Source of the DNA: an uncultured delta proteobacterium
GTDB lineage: Bacteria > Desulfobacterota > Binatia > UBA9968
NCBI GenBank assembly: GCA_963755715.1
Contig: CAVWLW010000001.1
Span: forward strand, 64,001 to 128,000
Direction: 5' to 3'
DNA length: 64,000 nt
In this document: one piece after another, positions 8,860-21,505 of the stretch
Layout of the letters: every line of letters begins with the position of its first letter
Numbering within the stretch: position 1 is the first letter of the stretch
Notes under the pieces: model-generated
Database searches by the model: none
Told to the model about the DNA's origin: nothing
What the model saw: only the letters and a program-made list of their open reading frames with translations
Translations under genes and position numbers: made by a program

Positions 8860-9672
8860 CTACTCATCGTCCTCGGACTCCGCAGTTGCCGGCGTTTTGC
8901 CGCCGCTCGATAGGGACGGCGCCGCCTGTTTTTCGGCTTGCGCTGGTTCGCCTTCCTTTTTTCTGCGGTCCCCTTCGGGAATGATCAAAAGACGCCGATA
9001 GGAGCCTTGGCCAAGGCTGCGGGTCGAGAGCCAAGGGTCGTCTTGCAAGGCGGCATGAACGATCCGACGGTCGGCGGCGCTGAGCGCATCCACGGTGACC
9101 GTCTTTCTCTGCCGTTTGGCTTTTTCGCCGAGGCGTAGTGCCATATCTTCAAGGGTTTTGCGCCGTCGTTCGCGATATTTTTCGATATCGATGACGATGT
9201 GCGGGCCTTCGCCCGCGAAGCGTTCGCCGGCGATCCGGCTGACGAGATATTGCAGGGCTTCGAGTGTCTGGCCTTTGCGTCCGATCAGTAAGCCGCTGTC
9301 ATCGGCGCGGATCTCGAGAATGGTTTCTTCGCCGTTGGCCGAAGCGCTCTGCGTCACCGTCGCCTTCACTCCCATGAGATTTAAGATTTCCTGTAACGCG
9401 GCTTGGGCCTTTTCCGTCATCGCGGAGTTATCGATCGGCGCTGCGGCCAGCTCGCCGCTGACTGGCAGCGGCTCTGCAGTGATTTTATGCTCGAGTGGCG
9501 ATTTTCGCAGTTCGGCGCGAACGCGCGCTTTCTGCGCGCCGAAGCCTAGTATTCCCTTGCGTCCTTCGGCGATAATATCGACCGTGATCTTGTCGCGTCC
9601 GACGCCGAGTAACTTGAGCGCGCCTTCTATCGCCGCGTCTATGGTGTCGCCCTCGGTTTCCACGGAATCCAT
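8860..9672 (-). CDS. jag: RNA-binding protein Jag/KhpB/EloR (Jag_N, KH, R3H)
   Basis: EGRKGILGFG, LIGRKGQTLEALQYL, DRRIVHAAL; located after yidC. Confidence 0.93.
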   Translation of the reverse strand: MDSVETEGDTIDAAIEGALKLLGVGRDKITVDIIAEGRKGILGFGAQKARVRAELRKSPLEHKITAEPLPVSGELAAAPIDNSAMTEKAQAALQEILNLMGVKATVTQSASANGEETILEIRADDSGLLIGRKGQTLEALQYLVSRIAGERFAGEGPHIVIDIEKYRERRRKTLEDMALRLGEKAKRQRKTVTVDALSAADRRIVHAALQDDPWLSTRSLGQGSYRRLLIIPEGDRRKKEGEPAQAEKQAAPSLSSGGKTPATAESEDDE

Positions 9673-9696
9673 AAGTCAAACCTCTGCAAAAGGGGC

Positions 9697-11326
9697 TTAT
9701 TTCACACTGCGGTTGATCCAATACTGCTGACCGATGGTGAGAACATTATTGACCAGCCAATAAACAGTTAATCCTGCCGGAAAAGACACGAACATGAACG
9801 TAAACATCAAAGGCATCAGCATCATCATCTTACGCTGATTTGGATCCCCCGCGGTCGGCGTCATCCATTGTTGCAAAAACATGCTGGCGCCCATGAGAAT
9901 TGTCAGCACTGGAATACCCGAAGGCAAGGCAGAAGGCCACCATGTGGGGACTGCAAAAGGCAACGACTGCCAATCGGGCCGCGAAAGATCTTTGATCCAC
10001 AAAAACGACGCGTGGCGTAATTCGATAGGCGTGCTCAAAGCGTTGTAGAGCCCGATAAAGACCGGAAACTGCAGCACCATCGGCAGACAACCGCCGAGCG
10101 GATTGACGCCGTTGCGCTTGTACAGCTCCATAATCTCTTTATTGAGCTTTTCCTTGTCGTCGGCGTAGCGCTCTTTCAACCGCTCCATCTGGGGTTGCAG
10201 CTTTTGCATTTGCTTCATCGACACGTAGCTCTTATGCGTCAACGGCGCCAGCAGAAGTTTAATCAGCACCGTCAGGATGATGATATCGAGGCCGTAACTC
10301 CCCGTGAAGCGATTGAAAAAATGCAGGACATATAACAGGGGCTTCGAGATAAAGCCGAAGTAGCCGAAGTCGATCGCGCGTTCGATGCCTTTGCCGACCG
10401 ATTCTAATATATTGATTTCCTTCGGGCCGATGAAGATCGTGTATCGCTCGCTCGCGCTCGGCCCGCCGAGCGCGCTTACCAGAGCGGCGCCGGCCTGTCG
10501 CACCGAGACTTTGTGCCCGGCACCGTTCTCGGGGAGCAACGCGAAGAGAAAGTAGGTGTGGCCAAACCCGGCCCAGGAAATATCGCCAGTAAATTCGTGT
10601 CCCTTTGCGGCTTCGGCCGGTGGTTCTCTTTTGATTTTGCCATCGACCAATGCGATGAATCCCTCAAATGGAGCATCGTGATTAGGCACCGAATCGCTCT
10701 GATCTGTAAGTAAAATTTCCGGAGCCGGCGCCGTTCCGTCCGCGGTTTTCACAGAAACTTCGAACTGAATCGGATAAGACGAGCCTGAGAAGGTGAAAGA
10801 TTTTGTGATGACCGCGCCGTTGCCACTTTGTCCCTGGAAAGCCAAGCTCCCTTTGCCGTCGCCGCTTAGCTTGAGATCGTTTCCCTGTACCGAATAGACG
10901 ATCTCGCTGTCTTCGAATGGCGTCGGCGCCTGCCAGCGAACACCCAACGGTAAGGGCACGCCGGGCGCCGTGCGAACGATCTCAAATGGCGGGCTGTGCT
11001 CGTCGACCGAGCTGCGATATTTTTTGAATTTAAAGCTCTTGAGCCGCGCCCCCTGGGTCGTAAATACGGCGATGTAGTGATCCGTTTCGACCGTAATTTC
11101 TTTGGCCGATTTGGCCGGAGAAAGCGTTGCCGGGGTAGCAGCCGGCAATGCGGCTGACGGCGCGGCGGCGCTTGGCGCCGCCGGCACAGCTTTTTCCGCC
11201 TGACTCGTCTCCGTTTCAGGGATTGGAGCGGACGGGTGGCGGGCCGTAAAAGTGCGTCACCAATTGTTGATAGACAACCAGCACGAGTATCGAGAGAGCG
11301 ATGCCGATGAGTGCGCGCTTATCCAT
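9697..11326 (-). CDS. yidC: Membrane protein insertase YidC (frameshift near 11220-11235, probable sequencing error)
   Basis: MDKRALIGIALS start at 11326; IDFGYFGFI, GVNPLGGCLP, AGLTVYWLVNN. Confidence 0.95.
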
Positions 11327-11333
11327 GGAAAAT

Positions 11334-11555
11334 TTACTTCACTGGGTCGTATCCGCCGGGATGCCAAGGATGGCAACGGAGGATCCGGCTAATTCCGCTG
11401 GCAACTCCTTTGCGGATTCCGTATCTGCGAATGGCTTGTTCCGTGTAAGCCGAGCAACTTGGGTAGAAGCGGCACGCTGGCGGCAAGAACGGCGAGAGCG
11501 CTTTGCGATAGCTGAAAATGAGCCAGGCCAAAACTGTACGCGCCATCCGATTCAC
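11334..11555 (-). CDS. yidD: Membrane protein insertion efficiency factor YidD
   Basis: CRFYPSCSAY, RILRCHPWHPGGYDPV. Confidence 0.96.
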   Translation of the reverse strand: MNRMARTVLAWLIFSYRKALSPFLPPACRFYPSCSAYTEQAIRRYGIRKGVASGISRILRCHPWHPGGYDPVK

Positions 11556-11932
11556 TATTTGCGCCGTTGGCCTTGACCCACCAGAGCCCGTTGCAGTTCG
11601 TCCGCGACGATGTTAGCCCCGGCTGCGGCGCTTTTGCGCGCGATGACGAGGATATCGGTTGCCGGCGGCAGATCGGCGCGGTGGCGCCGAAAGTATTCGC
11701 GAATCCGTCGCTTGATGCGATTGCGCGTCACCGAGTTCCCGACCTTGCCGCTGACCGTTACCCCTAATCGATTCTCTGACCCGTTATTGGCCCGGGTGAT
11801 GATCACGAAATTGGCCGTCTGGGTTTTAACACCGGTCCGCGACAGCTTTAGGAACTCGGCTCGTTTTCTTAAGCGCGCCGTTTTCGGGAACTGCTGCGAG
11901 CCTGCGAGCGACATGCGCTCGGTCGCGATCAA
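11555..11932 (-). CDS. rnpA: Ribonuclease P protein component
   Basis: [25 protein letters not shown]. Confidence 0.95.
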   Translation of the reverse strand: MIATERMSLAGSQQFPKTARLRKRAEFLKLSRTGVKTQTANFVIITRANNGSENRLGVTVSGKVGNSVTRNRIKRRIREYFRRHRADLPPATDILVIARKSAAAGANIVADELQRALVGQGQRRK

Positions 11933-12090
11933 GTCCGCGCGCGTTTCGGCGGCACGGTCACCGTCAATCGCTTTCGCCCCTTAGCGCGGCGCCGCCTGAG
12001 CACGTTGCGGCCACCGGGCGTTGCCATGCGGGCGAGAAATCCATGCGTTCGCTTTCTCTTAATGTTGCTGGGCTGATACGTTCGTTTCAT
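11929..12090 (-). CDS. rpmH: 50S ribosomal protein L34 (not in ORF track)
   Basis: Manual translation [53 protein letters not shown]. Confidence 0.97.
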   Translation of the reverse strand: MKRTYQPSNIKRKRTHGFLARMATPGGRNVLRRRRAKGRKRLTVTVPPKRART

Positions 12091-12132
12091 AAAAAGAAGA
12101 CTCCCTCGGGCCTTTTAAAGGGCCAAGTGTTT

Positions 12133-12162
12133 ATTAGAATCATACCAACTTATTGTTGTCAA
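12133..12162 (-). promoter_or_regulatory. Candidate rpmH promoter TTGACA-18-TCTAAT
   Basis: Perfect -35 and a 5/6 -10 in the AT-rich gpsA-rpmH gap. Confidence 0.5.
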
Positions 12163-12164
12163 TT

Positions 12165-13178
12165 TTAGCCGGCTTCAGGCTTGAGCGAGCGCAGCATTAA
12201 ATCACGCACCGCGTCGGCCGGCTCCTTGCCCGCGTAAAGCACCTGATACATTTGCCCGACGATTGGCATATCGACGCCAAGCCGCTCCGCCAAAGCGTAC
12301 AGCGAACGCGTATTGCGCACACCCTCGGCCACGGTCCGGGTCGATGCGGTAATCTCGTGCAAGCTTCTACCGCGCGCGATCTGCAATCCAACAGCTCGAT
12401 TGCGGCTCAAATCACCCGTGCAGGTAAGAATCAAATCACCCAGACCCGGCAGCCCGGCGAGCGTCAAAGGGTCGGCCTTCATGCGCACGGCTAAGCGGGT
12501 CATCTCGGCGAGACCGCGGGTAATTAATGCCGCGCGAGCGTTGTGGCCCAAACTCAAACCGTCGCTGATACCAGCGGCAATCGCGATCACGTTTTTTACC
12601 ACGCCGCCAATCTGAACGCCGATCACGTCGGCCGACGTGTAAACTCGGAAATTTTGGGTGCTGAGAATCTGTTGGATGGATTTGGCGATGCTTTCATCGG
12701 CGGCGGCGACGGTTACCGCTGCGGGAAGCATTCTGGCGACCTCGAGAGCAAACGTCGGTCCGGAAAGAAAAGCGAGATTTTTTTTGCGCCCGGCGCCAAG
12801 CAGGTCGACAAAAAGCTCGCCCATCGTTTTCAGACTTCCCTCTTCGAGGCCTTTCGTGCCGCAAAGAATCATTGTCGTCTGGGCAAGGTCGTCCATGGCT
12901 CTGGAAAACACTTCTCGAACCACGTGCGACGGCACCGCGCAAATCACCAGGCGCTTGTTCGAGACGGTTTCACCGAGCGACTGCGTCACTGTGAGCTCGG
13001 CCGGGAGGGAAATACCGGCGAGGTAAGCGCGGTTTTCCCGCGTTTCGACAATTTGGCGGAAACTATCGGCGCCATGACACCAGAGCGTTACCCGTTCGCC
13101 TGTGTCAGCGAGAATTTTGGCGAGCGCGGTGCCCCAGCCACCGGCTCCCACCACTCCGATATCACTGGACATGATCAA
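12165..13178 (-). CDS. gpsA: NAD(P)H-dependent glycerol-3-phosphate dehydrogenase
   Basis: VGAGGWGTALA, LSGPTFALEV, KNVIAIAAG, GLGDLILTCTGDLSRNR. Confidence 0.96.
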   Translation of the reverse strand: MIMSSDIGVVGAGGWGTALAKILADTGERVTLWCHGADSFRQIVETRENRAYLAGISLPAELTVTQSLGETVSNKRLVICAVPSHVVREVFSRAMDDLAQTTMILCGTKGLEEGSLKTMGELFVDLLGAGRKKNLAFLSGPTFALEVARMLPAAVTVAAADESIAKSIQQILSTQNFRVYTSADVIGVQIGGVVKNVIAIAAGISDGLSLGHNARAALITRGLAEMTRLAVRMKADPLTLAGLPGLGDLILTCTGDLSRNRAVGLQIARGRSLHEITASTRTVAEGVRNTRSLYALAERLGVDMPIVGQMYQVLYAGKEPADAVRDLMLRSLKPEAG

Positions 13179-13237
13179 TATTGAGAGAAGTCATGTTGGC
13201 GAGGCCCAACAGCGCCCGCGCCGCCGAAGACTGCCGA

Positions 13238-15701
13238 TTATTCGTCGGTCTTCTCTTCCTCGTCCTCTTCTTCTTTTTCTGCCAGGCGCGCCACCGACAC
13301 GACTCGCTCGCCTTCTTCGAGCTCGATCAGCCGCACGCCCTGAGTGTTGCGGCCGATCACTCGGATATCCTTGATGCGCAGGCGAATGATTTTCCCTATG
13401 TTGGTAATCATCATGAGCTGGTCCTCTTCGGTCACGAGCTGAACGCCGATGACACGACCGGTTTTGTCCGTCGTCTTCATCGTGATGACGCCTTTGCCGC
13501 CGCGCGATTGCAGGCGATACTCGTCCATCGCGGTGCGCTTGCCGTAGCCGCCTTCGGCAACGGTCAGAATATCGACGCCAAGGCTGAGAATTTCCATGCT
13601 CACGACCTTATCTTCAGGGTCGAGTTTCATGCCCACGACCCCGAACGTACCGCGACCCGTCGGACGCACCTGCTCCTCTTTGAAGCGGATCGACTGCCCT
13701 TCTGCCGTCGACAAGATAATCTCCTGATTGCCGTCGGTGAGGCGCACGCCGATCACCTCGTCGCGTTCTTCGAGACCGATGGCGCGAATTCCCGACGCGC
13801 GCGGATTGGCGTAGGCCATTAGCTCGGTCTTCTTGATCAAGCCGTTCTTGGTGGCAAACACGATATAGCGCCCTTCCTGGAACTCTCGCACGGTGAGAAA
13901 GGCGGAAACTCTTTCACCGGGCTCAAGACTGAGCAGATTGACGATCGGTTTGCCCCGCGCCGCCCGGCTCGCCTGCGGCAGCTCGTGCACTTTGATCCAG
14001 TAGACTTTTCCTATGGTGGTGAAAAAGAGGATGTAGGAATGCATCGACGCGATAAACAGGTACTCGACAAAGTCTTCCTCTTTCGTCGTCGTGCCGATCT
14101 TGCCCTTGCCGCCGCGCCGCTGCGCGCGATAAAGGGTGACCGGATTGCGCTTGATGTAACCTTCGTGGGAGATCGTCACCGCCATGTCTTCGTCGACCAT
14201 GGTATCTTCTATGGAAATCTCGTCGGAACGATCAACGATCTGCGTGCGGCGTTCATCGCCGTACTTTTTCTTGATCTCCTTCAGCTCCTCGACGATGATT
14301 CTGTAGATTTCCTTTTCGTCGGCGAGGATGGCGCGGAGCTTACCGATCAACTCGACGGTCTCGCGGTGCTCCTCCATGATTTTGTCGCGCTCTAAACCGG
14401 TCAAGCGCTGCAACCGCAAGTCCAAGATCGCCTGCGCTTGGATGTCGCTCAAGGCAAAGTTCGACATCAAGCCTTCTTTGGCGACCCTCGGATCCGAAGA
14501 ATTCCGGATCAGGGCGATCACGGCGTCAAGATTGTCGAGAGCGATCCGATAGCCTTCCAAAATATGCAGCCGTTCTTCGGCCTTGCGCAGATCGTAGGCC
14601 GTGCGCCGCGTGACGACTTCTTTGCGATGATCGAGGAAGGCTTTGAGCGCCTCTTTGAGATTCAGCAGTCTCGGGCTTGCCGTCGACGATTGCGAGCATA
14701 TTGACGCCGAAGGAATCCTGCAGCGCGGTGTGCTTGTAAAGTTGATTGATGACGATCTCGGCGACCGCGTCGCGTTTTAGCTCGATGACGATGCGCATCC
14801 CTTCGCGGTCGGATTCGTCGCGCAGGTCACCGATGCCTTCGATCTTTTTGTCGTTGACCAGGTCGGCGATTTGCTCGATCAGACGCTTTTTATTGACCAT
14901 GTAGGGGATTTCACTGATGATGACTTGTTCTTTCCCCGTACGCTTGACGGTCTCGGTGAAGGCCTTGCCACGCATCTGCACGATGCCTTTGCCTTCGTGG
15001 TAAGCCTGCACGATCGGCTCTTTGCCGTGAATGAATCCCGCAGTGGGAAAATCCGGCCCCGGAATATGCCGCATCAATTGCTTAATCGTGATATCGGGAT
15101 TTTCGATCAACCCGATCAAGCCGTCGATGACTTCGCTCAAATTATGCGGCGGAATGTTGGTCGCCATGCCGACGGCGATTCCCGCGGAGCCATTGATCAA
15201 GAGATTCGGAATGCGCGACGGCAAAACCGCCGGCTCTTTGAGCGAATCGTCATAGTTCGCAATGAAGTCGACGGTTTCCTTTTCGATATCGGCGAGCATT
15301 TCCTCGGCCAGTGGCGTCATGCGAATTTCCGTATAACGCATCGCCGCGGGATTATCGCCGTCGATGGAGCCAAAATTCCCCTGGCCGTCGACCAGCGGAT
15401 AACGCAGGTTAAAATCTTGCGCCATGCGCACGATGGTATCGTAGATCGCCGTATCGCCATGGGGATGATATTTACCCATGATATCGCCGACCAGGCGGGC
15501 GGATTTCTTGTACGGCTTATCGGAAGTATTGCTCGCGTCGTACATCGCGTAGAGCACGCGCCGATGCACCGGCTTTAAGCCGTCGCGCACATCGGGCAGA
15601 GCGCGGCTGATGATAACGCTCATGGCGTAAGCCATGAACGACTCGCGCATCTCTTCTTCGATGTAAACGGGTACCTTTTGCGGTCTACTTGTCGCTTCCA
15701 T
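13238..15701 (-). CDS. gyrA: DNA gyrase subunit A (split by a +1 frameshift at ~14673, probable sequencing error)
   Basis: YHPHGD, AAMRYTE, GyrA-box QRRGGKG; removing one base joins the two ORFs ([10 protein letters not shown]). Confidence 0.97.
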
Positions 15702-15750
15702 GAATTGCTCGCCTGTCAGGATTGCTGCAGGATTTTAAAGTGCGAATGTA

Positions 15751-15774
15751 TTGAACCGATTGAACGGTTTGAAC
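15751..15774. repeat. Short 9-nt-period tandem repeat (TTGAACNNN x ~2.7), single arm
   Basis: ttgaaccga ttgaacggt ttgaac in the gyrB-gyrA gap. Confidence 0.45.
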
Positions 15775-15785
15775 TCTTTTATCTT

Positions 15786-18221
<2,436 letters not shown>

Positions 18222-18285
18222 CTAGCGCCGAGTTTTAAATTTTCCTGTAATCTTAGAGAGTTAGGGAGACTTATCAGCACTCTGA

Positions 18286-18314
18286 ATAATACCGGAAAGG
18301 GGACGAAAAGTAAA
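18286..18314 (-). promoter_or_regulatory. Candidate gyrB promoter TTTACT-17-TATTAT
   Basis: Near-consensus hexamers with a 17-bp spacer upstream of gyrB. Confidence 0.55.
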
Positions 18315-18329
18315 GCGCAAAGCGATCTA

Positions 18330-18342
18330 TAAACCATTGATT
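18330..18342. promoter_or_regulatory. IHF consensus site (YAANNNNTTGATW) with flanking AT-rich tract
   Basis: TAAACCATTGATT followed by tatttaaataatttaa, between the divergent gyrB and cobS-like genes. Confidence 0.5.
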
Positions 18343-18453
18343 TATTTAAATAATTTAAGCATTTTTGACAGTTGCGCGCGGGTTTGACTAAAAACCTGTT
18401 TCGCAGTGAGAAACCGATTGACAGCCTGGGGTTCGTGAGCGAAAAGGAATGCC

Positions 18454-19163
18454 GTGCAAAAACTCTTTACCGCAGTTAAATATTTGACGATTTGGCGCAA
18501 TTTTGCCGCCGTTCAGGCGATCTCCGGCAGCGCTCGGCGCATCAATGATCTATTTTCCGGTGATTGGCTTGGCATTGGGACTCTTTCTTGCGCTGATCAA
18601 TTACTTGCTCGCACCGTATCTGGCTCCGGAAATCCTCAGCATGATTCTGATTACCGCGTTGGTCGTCCTGACTGGCGGCAACCACCTCACCGCGCTCAAA
18701 AATAGTTTTGCCGCCGGCGCAGTTGGGACATCGGCGAAAAAAGACGACTGCGGCGAAACGCTGGGATTTATCGCGATCGTTCTGGTGATTTTATTCAAAG
18801 CCGCTGCCGTCGACAGCATGGATGAAAAGCTGTCTTTCAGCTTGTTGCTGGCCCCGGTTCTCGCGCGCTGGGGAGTACTGATCTTCGTTTACGGTTATCA
18901 AGATCGCTGCGATGAAATCTTGCGGCCTTCTGCCGAGCAGGTGAAATTTTGGCATCTCATGTTAACGACGTTAGGCACTCTGGCGCTGGGTTTCTATGGC
19001 TTGGGCAAGCGCGGATTCTGGATCGCTCTCGCGCTTTCGCTTTTTGTTTTGTCGGCGAGAAGTCTGCTGTGTCGTCTCCGTGCGAATCTTACCGTCCCAC
19101 GATCTCGGCGCCATGATCGAGCTCGGCGAAACGCTCAGCCTCATCCTGCTCGCCTCGCTGTGA
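18454..19163 (+). CDS. Divergent CobS-like membrane protein lacking conserved acidic motifs (two frameshifts)
   Basis: AVKYLTIW, YFPVIGLALG, LTGGNHL, LLAPVLARW and LGAMIELGE align to CobS; frameshifts near 18520 and 19095. Confidence 0.7.
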
Positions 19164-19187
19164 ACAACGCCGAATCGTTTCGTCGCA

Positions 19188-20064
19188 ATGGAAATTTTTA
19201 CAGCCGCTCGCGCCCGTCATTCCGGTTTTTCTGTTGATCGCCGCCGGATTTGTTTTTGCCCATTGGAAAAAAATAAACCTGACTTCGGTGACCGAGATCA
19301 TCGTTTATTTGGGCACGCCTTCGTTGGTATTTAGCTCGCTTGCCGGAAAACCGCTCTTCGCCACTGATATAGCCGTGCTTTCGGCCGGCATCCTGCTGAT
19401 TTTCGCCATTGTCGGTTTTTTTATACGGTTTTATTTTTTTGTTTCCGGTTTCAGCTCGCGCGGCTTTGCCTTGCCGACTTTGTTCATGAATGCCGGCAAC
19501 ATGGGTATTCCATTAGCGTTGTTCGCCTTCGGTCAAGCCGGTCTGCAACGCGCGACGCTGATGTTTGTGATCATCACTTTTCTGCAATATTCGCTGGGAA
19601 TTTATATTTTAAACGGCCGCAGCAACTGGACTGAAATATTTCGTCTGCCGTTGATTTATGCGGCGCTCGCCGGCCTGTCCGTAAATCTCGCACAAATCAG
19701 TCTGCCCGAAGTATTGCTGCGGCCGATCATTATGCTCGGGCAAGCCACAATTCCGATCATGCTGATCAGCTTGGGCTACCGCTTGCATGAGGTCGAATCC
19801 CTCCAGTGGGGCCACGCTCTGGGCGGTGCGCTGGCACGCATTGGTGGCGGCTTTGCTGCCGCGAACTTAGCGGTGCATTTGATCGGCGCCGAAGGCGTTA
19901 ACCGTCAAGTCCTGCTTCTCTACGGCGCCCTGCCGGCAGCCGTCGTCAACTTCGTTCTAACCGAAAAGTATCGACAGGATCCCGCGCTGGCGGCATCAAT
20001 CGTCGTGATCAGCACGTTCATTTCGATTTTTACCATTCCGGTCGTCTTCTGGCTGATACTTTAG
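19188..20064 (+). CDS. AEC-family (auxin efflux carrier-like) transporter; frameshift near start
   Basis: PVFLLIAAG, FMNAGNMGIPL, IPIMLISLG, LPAAVVNF. Confidence 0.88.
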
Positions 20065-20159
20065 CGCTGGAGTGTTGCTTGAATCGGACGCTTTAGCGCA
20101 AAACAAAATAGAAGCCTTGACAGCTTAGATCGCTCGTTGTAATTTCCGCCTACATTTTG

Positions 20160-20352
20160 TTCACAGCTCTGGGTTCCTAGGGAAGTCCGGTGTAAATCCG
20201 GCGCGGTCCCGCCACTGTGATGGCTACGAAAGCCGCAAGACAGCCACTGTCCTGAGTCAAGCGAAGGATGGGAAGGCGCGGCGAGTAGAAAAAAGCCTAA
20301 GTCAGGAAACCTGCCCAGAGTCGTTTTACCGGCCTCTCCGGAGAAGAGAGAA
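20160..20352 (+). promoter_or_regulatory. Cobalamin riboswitch 1 (AdoCbl class) upstream of tonB
   Basis: aGGGAA-ccGGTG.AAATCCgg-GCgg.CCCGCCACTGT...GCCACTG...GGGAAGGC...B12 box AGTCAGGAAACCTGCC; P1 ctctggg/cccagag. Confidence 0.93.
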
Positions 20353-20401
20353 AGGTGTTTCGTTCTTTCCCTGCTCACCTTGAGGCCACGCATGGGCGAA
20401 C

Positions 20402-21178
20402 ATGAGATTGGCCTCTTTCTTTTTGATATCCGTGACTCTGCACGCGCTTGCGCTGGTCTATCCGGTTTCGTTTGCAGACCCGAAACAGGCCCAGCTTATT
20501 CGGGTGATGATTCTGCCGGTAGAGCACGAGACGTCCGGCGCCAACGGGCAAGACGGCGGTAGCGGAAGTCGTGCTTCACGCGCCGGCGCCAAAGCGCCCG
20601 GACACGCAGCGCGCGCCCTTCAAAGTCTCGTTCAATCAAACCAGACCGGCAGCCCAGAGCCGCGACCTCAATTTGGCGAAGCGCCAATAGATTTAAACGA
20701 AAACAACAGCGCTGCGCTCGTTTTTGTACCGTCAAAATCTGGCGAGGCCGACGGCGCGGCAAAAATTCCTTTAGCGGGCGATGACGGCAATGGCTCCGAC
20801 AAGGGTGCGATCGGAAACGGCGCGAATGGATTCGGATCATCTGGCAGCGGTGCGGGACTCGGCAACGGTCAAGGTTCATCGGGGAATGGCGCCGTTTTGA
20901 TTCAAGCGCGCTATAGCGAAACGCCCAAACCGGTTTACCCGGAGAGCGCTCGAAGCGAGGGCCGTGAAGGGCAGGTAATTCTGCGCGTTCTGGTTGACGA
21001 TCAAGGTCGATCGAAACATGTGGAGATCAACCGCAGCTCCGGCAGCGAAGCGTTGGACCGAGCCGCCGCTGAAGCGATCAAGCGGTGGCGATTTATCCCG
21101 GCGCGCTACGGTGACAAGGCCGTTGAAAGTTGGATTCGCATTCCCATCGAGTTTCGCCTCGCCGACGCGAAACCTTAG
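20402..21178 (+). CDS. tonB: Energy transducer TonB
   Basis: N-terminal TM with SxxLH; C-terminal PVYPESARSEGREGQV...SSGSEALDRAA...WRFIPA. Confidence 0.9.
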   Translation: MRLASFFLISVTLHALALVYPVSFADPKQAQLIRVMILPVEHETSGANGQDGGSGSRASRAGAKAPGHAARALQSLVQSNQTGSPEPRPQFGEAPIDLNENNSAALVFVPSKSGEADGAAKIPLAGDDGNGSDKGAIGNGANGFGSSGSGAGLGNGQGSSGNGAVLIQARYSETPKPVYPESARSEGREGQVILRVLVDDQGRSKHVEINRSSGSEALDRAAAEAIKRWRFIPARYGDKAVESWIRIPIEFRLADAKP

Positions 21179-21245
21179 GAAATTTTTTAGGAGGTCATCA
21201 AGGCAAGTATTATTAACCGCAGACGGATGTAAGGGAATGGGGTGA

Positions 21246-21325
21246 CTCCGAAAAGGATAAAGGCGGAAGGCAAAAGGATAAATGAAAGTTTTATCCTTTA
21301 GCCCTTATCCTTTAGCCTTTCCGAG
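21246..21325. repeat. 7-nt-period palindromic repeat (AAGGATA / TTATCCT units) inside riboswitch loop L4
   Basis: aaggata aaggcgg aaggcaa aaggata ... ttatcct ttagccc ttatcct ttagcct. Confidence 0.8.
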
Positions 21326-21424
21326 AATTCCCCTGCTGCCCCGCAACTGTAGGAGCCACGAAAGCCGCACGAATAGCCACTGTCCTCGGCCCGAGCGACG
21401 GATGGGAAGGCGCGGCGAGTAGGT

Positions 21425-21505
21425 AAAATCGTGATCGTCACTCGTGATCGTGTTCATTGGAAGGAATTTCCGAGCACGAGACACAGGCGAGAACACGAAC
21501 TAGAC
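21425..21505. repeat. ~6-nt-period palindromic repeat (ATCGTG / CACGAG units) inside riboswitch 2
   Basis: atcgtg atcgtc actcgtg atcgtg ... gagcac gagacac aggcgagaacacgaac. Confidence 0.65.

Noticed and set aside
13238-15701. Naturally split gyrA or programmed frameshifting
   Set aside because: One extra base at ~14673 explains the split, there is no slippery-site signature, and similar indels occur throughout the window.
18222-18453. oriC in the AT-rich gap upstream of gyrB
   Set aside because: No convincing DnaA-box cluster (best ttatcagca, two mismatches); explained by divergent promoters plus an IHF-like site.
20061-20393. 110-aa minus-strand ORF
   Set aside because: It is the antisense of cobalamin riboswitch 1.
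21246-21505. CRISPR array
   Set aside because: Units are 6-7 nt, tandem and inverted, with no spacers and no cas genes.
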